Below are positions 36,690 to 47,989 of a stretch of 64,000 bases of DNA, piece after piece. This DNA is from Takakia lepidozioides (lineage: Eukaryota > Plantae > Bryophyta): assembly GCA_030704615.1 (NCBI GenBank), contig CM060734.1, positions 54,932,001-54,996,000 of the forward strand. The letters run 5' to 3'. Within the stretch, counting starts at the first letter, position 1. Each line of letters opens with the position of its first letter. Both the position numbers and the translations under genes were made by a program. The notes beneath the pieces are model-generated. The model did no database searches, was not told the DNA's origin, and was given only the letters and a program-made list of their open reading frames with translations.

Positions 36690-37727
36690 ACACTCAAACC
36701 AGGACCCTTCAACACGAAGGACCTCCATTGGAAGAGAGACACGCAATATGGTTATATGGGTGCGCGAATGAATGTTTAGAAGGCCTGCATACCGTAAGAT
36801 AGAGTTGATGACTTTCTCATTGGAGAGGAGAGTTTGGTGGACTACCCCACTCAGTTTTGGGTAAATGTCCATACTAAAGTGTAACTCGGCATGCTAAAAG
36901 AGCCGAGAGCCAACAGTATCATGTGTGCACCATCCTCATCGTCCTTTTGTAGTCTAATTGCATGTCTATTGCCATTTTTCGTACCCACGTACTGTGATTT
37001 CATGCTTCCAGAAGTCGATGGATATCGATTGTGATTTTTATGTCCAGGTATCAATGCTGCTACGATCCACATGACAAGCGCACCAACAATGCGATAGTGG
37101 AGGATCCCAAACTAAAACGTGAAGGACCTCTTGTAGGTGCTGGAACATCTCACCCTCCCAATGAGAAAGAAGTCGGAATATGGAGAGTCTTACAAGCGTG
37201 GTTGTCAATGCTGTTTCAAGGTCCATCAATGCTATCTCGCCTCCGACATTTGTGTCCTCACGTACTACAACAACATGGAGCATACAGACGCGAAAGGGAA
37301 TGCCTGTCATGGGAAGTCCGCTGAGTTCAGGAACACTCGCCACGCATATGCACCACACATTAGCGAGGAATTAAAAGCATGGGTCATTGAGTGTTTGTGC
37401 CGAGGCCTGTCAGTCGCCCAAATCATGATAGAACATAAAGAGCACGTCATGAACAACACCGGGTTGGGGGATGCATGGACACGAGACGATTTTTTGTTGG
37501 AGCGGGATGTGCGCAACCTGGCCAAGAAACGGGCGTGGCAAACGTTCAAAAAACATCCCAACTATGCGGAGAGTGTCCGCATGTGAAAAGACCAGAACCC
37601 AAAATCGGTCTTCTTCTATCAAGAAGAGAAATTGGTGCCAACATTCAACACTACGATGGCGACCTAACATTCACAATCGGCATACAAACTGAGTGGCAGA
37701 AGAAGCGAATGCTTCAATTAGGCCATG
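36690..37727 (+). pseudogene. Mutator-like (SWIM-type) transposase N-terminal fragment
   Basis: IP*DRVDDFLIGEE, KRGCQCCF...HTD...CHG...APHISEEL...RDDFL...VFFY...FTIGIQTEWQ motifs recognised from plant MULE-related SWIM proteins; truncated before the DDE core. Confidence 0.75.
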
Positions 37728-37729
37728 CC

Positions 37730-38560
37730 CAGATGTCGCCCGTGGGGACCGTATCTCCCTTCTTCCCAATTTTAGTTCGCAAGTGAATGTAATCAAATTG
37801 GCATCAGAGTTAGGCGACTTAGATTGGACAGAAATTGCCCTTCCAGAGGCTTTTGTGAAGAGAGTACCAAGGGCGGAATATATTCGTAATCGTTGCGTCC
37901 AGATTCAAAGCGCCCTCATCCGACTGCCGTGGACTCAACAACTTTGCACATTTCTTTTGATCTGCCAATGCAAAAGAAGCTCAAAGACAAAGCATTGGAG
38001 GATTCAGATGGGCCTACGTTCAGTGCTTATGTAGTGATCAGTGCACATGTCTGGAGGGCCATTTTTCGTGCTCGATTGCTTGCAGATACGGAGGAAACTC
38101 GGAAAACATGAAGTCTGAATCTTCCTGCAGTCACTTTGCAGCATCCTCAGGCATTCTGAAGTTTATTTCTATTGTGCCATCGGTGTGCTTTGGTGTGAAA
38201 CTGACAATATTTCGAGGGGCCCTCTTGGAGAATACAATAATGTTGGCAAAAGCAGATCCCCATCCGAAGTCAAGCTGTTCAGGACCTGGGAAGCGAACCG
38301 AAGCAGCTGTCCTCACATCAGTCGTTGAAGGTCGGAAATCACAGATAAAGACCCATTCATTTTTCTCTTTCTCCATCATGGTTAAAACAGACTTGATGTT
38401 CTGAGCGGTGAGATCTGCAATCGTCCTGTTACCCAGAAGCTCTCTCACGGTGGTGACTGCCACTGCGTCAAAAAACTGCATTTCCAAAATAATTCTCAAG
38501 GAGCTCTAGCCACCTTTTCCGTCAATCGACGTTATTTCCGTGTCTCATCTGTCACCGTTG
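37730..38560. pseudogene. Partial BAHD copy 2, with the DFGWG-containing segment 38106-38535 inverted
   Basis: ORFs 37693-38034 and 37893-38111 (+); 38131-38499 (-). Confidence 0.9.
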
Positions 38561-39286
38561 TCCACCGCTCTACACGAAGAAACAAACCAACAAACGCATA
38601 AAATGCATTCGGCCCTACCCTAGCTTCTTAGATTTGTGTCTTTGAAATAGAACAACATTGCGTTGGTAGGTTTGTAGCACATATATCAGGGGACCTTGTT
38701 TGTTTCTACCCTGGTGTACCGTCTCACAGTCTCTGTGTGTTTCTTTTAATTAGACCTTCTAAGTTGTCGATATGCCCCTCTCAGGTTTTACAGGGGTAGG
38801 CATCATGTATCCAGTCCTCAATCGTTATAAGACACTTTCTACAAACATACTCATTAACATGCAGAGTCCGCCACAGTGCTGATGCCTAAATCCACCATGC
38901 AGCCAAAATGCTCAATGGCAGGGGTGAGGCCATAAGCAAGGCTCATGGAATCAAAGTGGTGGTGGTCTTCATATTATGCAAACTTTCTGGTTTCTTGATT
39001 GGGAGACTACCTAATTGGATTACTATGGCCCATCTTAAGCGAAGTTGGCATTGCCTATGGTTCACAACCACGCAGACATGCGAGTGTGATCCCTCAAAGG
39101 CTTGCACATTACATAGGAGTGGCAACCCCAAAATCCGTGGTTTTACAGTATCTTGTGATGACAATGCCCTCAAGGGTATCAGAGCCAAAGGAGGAGCAAT
39201 AAAGAAGTAGATTTTCTCTCTTTATTCACATATACCATAGTTTGGTCTAATTGTGTTGATCCACTGTATTCACTGTTTGTACTGTT

Positions 39287-40376
39287 TCACCAATAATCAC
39301 CACAAGAACAAACCCCATCTTCAAAGTGGTGAAAGTGGTTAGCTTCCCGTACAACAATTGTTTGGCCAACAATCTTTGAGATGAACTTGGTGGCGGTGTG
39401 GTATTCGCCACACATCCGAACATTTTTTATGACACGGAGAGATGACGGAGAGGCATCCCAGGGGCTGTGTTGATCAGCATAAAACCGATGGCCAGCTTCT
39501 CACTATGGTGGCAAAGAGAAAATCTTTTTTGCTCCTCCCCCACATCATGCAATACAAAGCGCGTGTCAAGTACATACCCTGCCTCCTTCATCTCCCCAAA
39601 CAATCTTCTTAACTCAGCATGGATTTCCTCAATTTTTGGATGCAATTTGTCATCTACGACAAAGGTGTGCACCATGTTGCCAACCTCAATGCAGCAGCGA
39701 CCTGGGTCCTTTCTAACCCCTCTGACCTTCATCATTTTCTCACCTTTGCAGTATCGTCCCACCTGCCAGTTGTGGCATAGATGTTTGATAGCACCTGTAC
39801 ATAAGTTGCGGCGTCCTATTCATCACACTTGAGAAGAGATGTTGTTGCACGTTCAACCGTCTCCACATTGCGATGAATTCTATAGGCACCAAGCATTGCC
39901 CTCCACACCACAACATTTGGTTTCATTGGCATTTTGTTAATGAAGCCCTCTGCCTCATCCCATTGCCCCGCACGGCCAAGAAGGTCCACCATGCATCCAA
40001 GTGCTACACTGCTGGAGTGATGCCATGATCTTGACTCAGGAGTTGAAGTAGTATCTGCCTTCATCCACTACGCCAGCATGCCTTCATGCAGAAGGAATAC
40101 CTATAAAAGTGATGATGTCCAACTTCAAGCCTGCCACGCATTTCTTCCACCAGTTGTAGGGCCTCCATATCACAACCATGTTGGGCATATCCTGTGATCA
40201 TTACATTCCATGACCACAGATCTCGTTCAACCATATTTTCGAGCACTCCCTTTGCATCTTCGATGCTCCCGCCTTTGGCATACATGTCCACAAGGGTGTT
40301 ATCCAAAATGATATCTTGGACAATTCGAGCTTTGATGATGTCGCCATGGACTTCTTTGCCCTTTTCCAAGGCTGCC
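39287..40376 (-). pseudogene. PPR-DYW pseudogene copy 2
   Basis: KDPGRCCIE...GYVLDTRFVLHDV...[10 protein letters not shown]...[19 protein letters not shown]...[17 protein letters not shown]; frameshifts. Confidence 0.92.
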
Positions 40377-41027
40377 GCGGGTACTGCGCCCGTGGGAGCA
40401 GCGGACGCAGTTGGGCGACCGCGCCCGGGGGGGGGGTCGGGTGGGGGGGAGCCGGATGTCCGTGCGCGGGGCCCATCGGCCAGCTCGCGCGTGCGCCATA
40501 ACGTCCCAATTACTGTAAAATGAAAGGCGTGTTATGTTGCAAAATTCAGACTTTGCATTACATAATAACAACTTTGCAAATTTTAGTATCCAAATTGAAG
40601 CAAGCTTAGTTAAAAGAAGATTGATTGCAATCCTCATCGTCAAATAAACCAGCATCTGCAATGAGGTCCTCATATTCATCAATCAAATTGTCTTCCGACA
40701 AAAAAAAAATCCTTGATCCCGCACGAAACCACCTTGTAATCCGTCCGCACATCATCCAGCCAATTCTTTAAAATAAAGAATAGGGTCAGGCCACCCTATG
40801 TGTGGTAAGAAATAGTGGCGGCCCTTGGGGTTGGACATACCCTCCCTGACATGTGCACCCTCTTACCATGACCCCTCACATAACGTGCACCTAGCCAATT
40901 TCCTATTCATACCATGGTATAGTCCATGTTTTTGCCCATAATACGGGTATGCACCTGGGTATTGCCAGCCGGTCCGGTTATCAACCATAGTATTGGAATC
41001 GCCAATACCAGCAGGGTCGGTTATTAA

Positions 41028-43907
41028 CCCCTAATGGACGAGGCGACCCGTTTCGGGTCACATCAGGGTGGCTACAGAATTCATCCAGGATGTAACTTCG
41101 TCGGATGACCTCGGATGAAAAAAATTTCTGAACAAAAGTTGTGCGCCTTGATGTCATGCACCTTCCTGTCTTTATGGCACCCTAAAATAATAAATTCCCT
41201 GCCGTCAGTGATTTTCTTAGTGTGCAGGGGTACCCAAAATTGGGTGGTTCAGGGCCCTCCGGCACCTTTGACCTGGTGACGTGGCAGGCTAAAGGGGTGA
41301 GGGGGCGATCAAAAGTCGGCGATGGGTTTACGCATGGGGCTGCATGTCCGCCCGTGCGGACACACCCAGGCACCCGAAATAATGATGATGACGGGCCCGG
41401 CAGGTGGCGGGAGCGGCGGGGTATCTTCCCGCGCACAGTCTCCAGCCTTCCTTGCACCTTGCTTACGGGCATTTCTCTCGATTGTCGCTGCTCTGTGTTT
41501 TAGCTGCGCTTGTTTTTGCTATTTGTTGCATGCAAGTGATTCGCAGGGGGGGCTTCTATGTGTGCTCATTATGAGCGCAGCTCGAGCTGCACAGCCACAC
41601 ATTTTCCATGCAGGAAACCGGCTGGAGCTGTTCCATTTTGCGAAATATGGCCTTCGAACTTGATCTTCCTGCTTTTTGTGCATTGACGATGCTGTTAGGG
41701 TTCAATTTGGAGGCGTTGCTGCTTTACTGTCTGCCGTCACAGATGCTAATGCGCGCTGTTTTTGTATGTGTGCTGCATTTCTGTATCTTCATCTCGCTTG
41801 TTTTCTACATAGGCTTCCATTCATTGGGGTGATCAGTTGGGGTGATCTGTGTGGGTTAGGGAATGGATGGTGATGAGGTTGAAGTGGTGGGGCTTCGCAC
41901 GGTAATCTGTTTGCCAACTCTAATTCTGAAAACTCCTTGTAAAATATTTTAGATTCAACTAATCTTCCATTATCTGCTAATGTGATTAACTTCTTCAGTG
42001 CTTTGATCACAGGGACCCGATTTGAAAACAACGGTCACTGACGTGGAGATGTTCAAGAAGCAACTATATCAGGGTCAGGTATGTGCTTTTCACGTTGTTT
42101 GCAGCTATGAATACTTACAACTGCTGTTCTCACATAGGTCTTGAAGGCTGAATCAGCCTCAATTTGACAGGAGCCTGATGAATCTGCTTCTGATGTTTGA
42201 TCTGTAGGTGCCACAGTCTGTGCAGACGATAATATTTATGTCCAATTTCTATGGATATCCCTGGAGATGCAAGCATTCAATAAGCTACTGGTGCCACAGA
42301 ACCCTAACTTGATGGAAATATTCCTTGTACAGAGGGTGCCAGAGGGCTTTTCCAAGAAAGGCAGACATCTAGCAAGACGTCATTTTTGTATTAAATGAAA
42401 TCATGCATTTGTGTGTTTATTCACTCACTTGATTATATGGCACCCTTGTTTCAACAGTCTCATCTTGTGTGATCCTGTAGTCAGCCGCTTACTCTGTTGA
42501 TGGGTAGGTGAAGTGGCATCATACTCTATGCCTGCTTTGGCAGGAGTCAACTTTTCTTTTTGCTTGAGGTTTGAGTGTGGTACTAAAAGCAACAACTGTC
42601 CATTTTCATGTTACTTTGATTGCTTTTCCAAATCAGGTTCATTATGTGTTATATATGTTTCTATACAGGGCAACGATTTGCACTCTGGGAGGGAGGTTGA
42701 ACAGTGGGTGCTGGGGTGGTTTCCAAGCTTCTGGGCTGATGTCACTTCAGCCATATGCTTCCAGTAATAGCCCTTTGATCACAGTAGTAACTATCAAATT
42801 AGTGACAATATCCAGCAGAGGCACCACTTGTCCTGCATGGTCATGCAGGTAAATCATAAACCAGCTATTTGCAGTGAATTTCAGGCCAGCACCGTTTCTT
42901 CATTTACGAGAGAGAGCTAGGGTTTTCAGTATCTTTTGTCATTTGTCTTGGACCTCCACATACAAATAAACGGGGGTGAGATCAACAACTAGCTTCACCC
43001 CGGAGTGTTCCTTTTGTGAGAGAGACATCTGTCCCTGTAGACAACAGAAGAGACAATTGAGAACAAGCTTTGAAGCGATAGGGATATGCATATAACGTGT
43101 ACAAATTCATGCATATCGCAGGCAGTCGTGACATTGGAAGAGAGCTCAGACGGTTGGCAGTTGGGCAGTTGGTTACTTATAGGTTCGCACGATGAAAAGA
43201 AGGGCATGCCTTCGCGTTCGTCGGGTGCTTTGTTTCGGGTGCCCGTCAATTCCCCATAAATCGATGACGTAGCCCGATTTTTTGGGCCGGGATCCTCTGC
43301 CGGCTCAGGCATGAGTTCCCCGGAATTTGGATTCAAGTAGAAATTGGCCCAAATGGAAATCTATGCATGTAGATTGGTTAGAATGCTTCCAAATTTTTTA
43401 TGGTAGTGAGTTTCCAAGCAAGGAACAATATGACCAGAGGAATTGACATTGTGATAAAAATTTGGACACATTTGAGGCAGATTTGGGGTCAATTGTAATG
43501 GAGACCGTTTTTGACCCACCAATTTTCCCATACAAAGCAACCCTCATGTGGTTTTGGAATTTGGTTCTGGAATTTTGGCCCAAGGTGCTCTACATGCCAC
43601 GCAATTAGAATTTGGGTATGCTGTATCAATGAAAAATCATTTTGCCAGGCCAATTGCTTGGTCAAGCCATTTTTTCACTCCAAAACTAGAGCACAATAAA
43701 TATTTACAGCTTGCATTTTTGTTGTAATTTTTGTAATGACACGGTGAAATCACTTGAAATTCTTACAGCGGGTTCCTGAAGTAGGTAGGATTACTTTCAT
43801 TCGGTTCATCCCCCTGGACGTTTGTCAAATGTGAGATATGCCCTCAAACATGAGGGCATGTTCCGTTTTGGAATGGGCCCACCAAAAACAAGCTGGTCCA
43901 TTAGGGG
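41028..43907. mobile_element. TIR DNA transposon with perfect 12-bp TIRs (CCCCTAATGGAC), related to 14370-18772
   Basis: TTAA|CCCCTAATGGAC at 41024-41039; GTCCATTAGGGG at 43896-43907; right flank is CATA rather than TTAA; flanks are AATACC/GGTATT-rich MITE-like sequence. Confidence 0.65.
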
Positions 43908-44360
43908 CATAGTATTACAAAAGCCAATACCAATAGGGTCCCTTATTCAATACCCTGGTTGATACCCTGCCAGACCCTATATTGAGGCCAACACTGGTAC
44001 AAACTACAAACTTAGTGCGCTCATCCCCGCTTTCTCAACATGTGCTGCTGTATGGTAATCTATGATGTAAGCAAAGGGAGCGAAGGATCGCACGCGGTAG
44101 AGGCGACGAAGAGGACAAAGGGGATGACAGTTGAGCAACCGTCTAGGTCTGATTAGGGGATGTGGGAGGATGAATATCGTGAATATCATTTATTCATCCT
44201 TTCTATTCATTCACTTTCATTTATTTTGGGAAGGGGCCGTGAGAAACTTTTAAGTCAGAAATAAATAGAAATTTTGATTTGTTAAACATATCATCCATGA
44301 GTGCGTCCGTCAGGGTGCCTCTCATTCATCCAAATTCATCCATGGGGTCGTCTCTCTCGC

Positions 44361-44594
44361 CTATCGTCGCTTGAAGGGTAGCCATGCAAGCTGTGCGACG
44401 ATAAGCGTCACAAAACAACCGAGCCAAGCCACATGGCCCCCCGAAAGCTCTTGCATCTTCCCGAACAAGTCTTGCGCTTGCGAATTAGCCCCCCAATCTG
44501 ACTTCAAATTTTTGGTGAAGCCCATGAGGAACATACCGATCACAGCAACTGAGAGCAGGAACCTCACAGCCAGGAGCACCACAGACGTCTGCAT
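44361..44594 (-). CDS. Putative 77-aa protein with two hydrophobic segments
   Basis: Open ORF MQTSVVLLAVRFLLSVAVIGMFLMGF...VAWLGCFVTLIVAQLAWLPFKRR; frameshifted paralog starting at about 20556. Confidence 0.3.
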   Translation of the reverse strand: MQTSVVLLAVRFLLSVAVIGMFLMGFTKNLKSDWGANSQAQDLFGKMQELSGGHVAWLGCFVTLIVAQLAWLPFKRR

Positions 44595-44984
44595 TCATGA
44601 TCATATATGTGAGTGATCAAAAGAAGCAATTCGGGGAAGTGATGCTGGGAGAATGCGGCGCAGAAAGAAATATTTAAGGCTGATCTTAATATGCCAACAA
44701 GCTGTCATCCTGACTCACGACTGTAGCTCGAGTCTAGAATATAAGGCGGCGCCTGCTCTTGAAAGGGAAAATCTTCTGAACATCTCTTCCATATATAAAA
44801 ATGTTCTAGCCTTTTGCAATGCTCCTCTTCAGGGTGTCCCCAACTTCCTAAGATCCCGGTGGATGTGGGCGAACTTAGGTTCTCACTTCTCACCTGGGGG
44901 ACAAAAACTAGAATGGGAGGGATAGCCTGCTACAGCTTATACACAAAGGTTTTGAATCGCCCAAAAGGTCAGATGATGGACTGC

Positions 44985-46133
44985 TCATACCTGTCTGCTG
45001 TTCACTTGGTCGTTCTGTTTGAGGGTCTTCACGAAATCGGACAATGCTTGAGATTGCTCCAACATTACTCTGTCTATCATAGCCATTTGGCTTTTTTCGA
45101 GTTGTTGGACCATAGCTCCGAATGCAATTAAGGCACTAACGATGTTGGGCTCCTCGGGAAATCGCCTACTTGAACACTCACCCTTACGTTTCCTTAAAGT
45201 GGGATTTCCTGCAACTCTTAGTATAGCAGCAATGACAGACTTGGTGCTTCGGTTGTCTAGAACTTGTTTCTCAGTCTCTTTATCAGATGGAGCAGTCGGT
45301 CTTCGCTTTTGTTTTAAGCAAAAATTGGATTCACTGCGAGGGGTTATAGCGGGTGAGGGTCTCTCTTTTGGGAACAATTTCGTTGTTCTTGTTCTTAGTC
45401 CCCCCTTTTGATTGTGGAATAAGGCTTCCTCTTCCTCTTTTGGCAAGGTCACGTGGAAATGAGCTCTGACTCCTTCCATGCTTGGCCGCTCTTCCTCGAG
45501 ATCTCCACTACGATTTGATTCATGCCCGCTGGTAGTCGATTCTATTTGCTCATCATCGATAGCAGGCCTGTCCAAACCTGCAACATTATTCTTCGGGGTG
45601 TCTCCAAGATTTGCGTCCAGTAAGTCGTACCACTCCCAACTACTGCGAGGGAAATCTTTATTCCCCACCTTTTCTCTGTAATACCGCTTTTTCAAAGACT
45701 TCACCTTCTGTCTGCATTGCAAGGCACCCTTGGCCTGCTTTGTACCACCACATCTGGCACTCACTTCTGCCGAAACTTGACACCAATGCTTCGTAGTCAA
45801 TTTGCGCTTGTCAACAGCATTGTACTTTTCGTCCCATGAAGTTAACAGTGACGAGACTGCACATGGGCTCCAATCCTCATTCTGTAACTCCATCTCGTTC
45901 TCACCTTGTATACAGTATCTTCCGGGCCCAGCACCGGCCTCATTCCATTCATCGTAATTCTCCATAATCTCTCCACATTTTTGTGTCAAGCAGCTGGATA
46001 TGGGCCCAAAATCTGACTCGTTCCATTCTGCTTCTTTCTCGTCTTCTTCTTTAATCCCTTTTTGAGATAACTTGGTACTAATTATGTGCCCATACTCGAT
46101 ATGATCCGTCGCTGTACTGCTACCTCCATCCAT
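44985..46133 (-). CDS. Trihelix transcription factor (Myb/SANT-like, SIP1/ASIL-like), intronless
   Basis: WS...LL..W...HW..VS..V...K...QCRQKVKSLKKRY..EK...W.WYDLLD; C-terminal helical domain; first ATG at 46133. Confidence 0.88.
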   Translation of the reverse strand: MDGGSSTATDHIEYGHIISTKLSQKGIKEEDEKEAEWNESDFGPISSCLTQKCGEIMENYDEWNEAGAGPGRYCIQGENEMELQNEDWSPCAVSSLLTSWDEKYNAVDKRKLTTKHWCQVSAEVSARCGGTKQAKGALQCRQKVKSLKKRYYREKVGNKDFPRSSWEWYDLLDANLGDTPKNNVAGLDRPAIDDEQIESTTSGHESNRSGDLEEERPSMEGVRAHFHVTLPKEEEEALFHNQKGGLRTRTTKLFPKERPSPAITPRSESNFCLKQKRRPTAPSDKETEKQVLDNRSTKSVIAAILRVAGNPTLRKRKGECSSRRFPEEPNIVSALIAFGAMVQQLEKSQMAMIDRVMLEQSQALSDFVKTLKQNDQVNSRQV

Positions 46134-47048
46134 CGAAACAATCACCGCGTCTTCTAAGTTCTTAACTAGTAAGTTCTCTCTAAATTCACCAGGGTCTCAG
46201 TGTTTTCATGAATGTAATTCACAGCTCATTGTTGGTAGCTGTACTCTGTGTGTGTGATGATCAGTACCAACCGCTTACAGGGTTTCTTTACGCTTAGATC
46301 TTTGGTAGTCCAATGTAAAGCTACATCTCAGCAAATCGCACTACTGGGGCATCCCCCCACCCTCTCACTGTTTCCATGAATGGGATTCAACCTTAGCTTT
46401 CAGGAGAACCACTCATGACTGCGTCTTCAGAATGTGTGCGTGGTGGCTACCACCTTGTTCTCGATCTATACACTAGAAAAGGTCTTAACTTCAAGCACTG
46501 GAGAGTTGCTTTCTGGAGAGCACCTTGCAGTGGAGACGATTGAGGAAGAGGAGATCTAACCTTTGAGAAGTCCCCCCTATATCTCGCCAGGCCTTTTCAA
46601 ATCTTCGACCCCTTCACCAGATCTGCAGACATGCTCCCTCTCCGCAAGGTCGGCAGGTGGAGTGACAGACCAGTCAGGAGAGGGAGAAGGTACGAGCGGC
46701 AATTTTTATTGGCAAACGATATGGGATATATCATAATTAGTATTCGTTGATGGTAGCACGGTTCCCTGAACGGAATAAGGTCGGCATTCGCCTCAAAATC
46801 CACTCTTATATCGACACATGGCGACAGCTTATAATGGTAAGTCCTGCCTCAGGAGCTGAGGTGGCAGCACGAGAACTCTGTTCGGAACACGTTGACTGCT
46901 CCATGTGTAACCTTCCTTACTAGTGTCTCTTTTCCTCTTCGTGTCCTCCGGACAGTTCTCGCTGCAGGACACTCTTCACGCGTTCTTTCCGCTCCAAGTT
47001 TGCTGTGATCGAACACTCCCTAGCTGTTTTCCTGTTTGTTTCTTGATT

Positions 47049-47810
47049 CATGTTGTGACCACTATCGGAGTTCTTGCAATTTTCGCGGGTGTTTTTTCGT
47101 CCACCTCATGTTGTCTACAATTCTTCTCTCTTGAGGATGTCCAATCGTTTTCTTTCTTAATCGCTGCATGTCGTTTTCATGTTGTGACCTCTACTGGAGT
47201 TCTTGCATTTTTCCAGGTTGTTTTTTCGTGTCTGTTTTCCACTTCGTATTGTCTACAAGTCTTCTCTCTTGAGGGATCTCATTTTCTTTCTTTGAGTGTC
47301 ATGTTAGTTGATCATATTCCCGAGCTGATTTGCTTCTTTACTTGATTTCTCGATACTGTTCTCATCCTGAGACCTCAGTAGTAGTTCGTGCATTTTGTGT
47401 GCTGTCGTTGAAGTGATCGCTTGTTACTGTGCCGGTTTGACGTGCGGATTCTCTCAACAATCTGTATTTCCGGGCGATTTTGTGTCTCTTTTCCTCTTCG
47501 TTTTGTCTGCAATTCTCTCTTCGGTATAGCATTTTCAGCTGTCGCTGCATTGTTTAAGCTCCATGTCAGTGTGATCAAATACTCCCGAGCTGGTTTTCAC
47601 GTGAGATCCTTCATTTCCCGATATCGTTTCATCGTGTGACTCCTATCGAAGTTCTGGCATTTTGTGTCTCTCTGCTAGTACGATAAAGTACTCCCTTGTA
47701 ACTGAACTGGTTTGATGTGTGCTTTCTCTTGTTTTGAGAGTACTAATCTTCATTTTATTTACCGGATGCTTTTTCCAACCTGTGAGCTCTACCAAAGCTT
47801 TGGCATTTTG
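47049..47810 (+). repeat. Degenerate repeats upstream of AGPase (~130-bp tandem pair plus dispersed TGTGA...AGTTCT.GCATTT units)
   Basis: 47049-47150 resembles 47178-47280; related motifs near 47634 and 47781. Confidence 0.55.
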
Positions 47811-47989
47811 TGAGGCCTGTGCGTGTGCGCTCTAATCTTTTATAAGTGCTGACATCGTGGCTTGATGAGCCTTTTGTCTTGTTTCGTTCTACAATCCTGG
47901 TCTCTGGATACCTTCTCTTTATTCTCCCTCTGAACATAGCATTATATTATCTGTGAGTGTGGTCAACTACTAGACTCTGTTAAGCAGGC

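Larger units (their letters stand above)
37730..40376 (+). repeat. Segmental duplicate of about 31895-34451 (BAHD 3' part plus PPR-DYW)
   Basis: Collinear high identity apart from an internal inversion. Confidence 0.93.

Noticed and set aside
40781-43979. TAGGGTC.GGC inverted pair as hAT TIRs
   Set aside because: Only 11 bp with a mismatch and no 8-bp TSD; treated only as MITE-like flank
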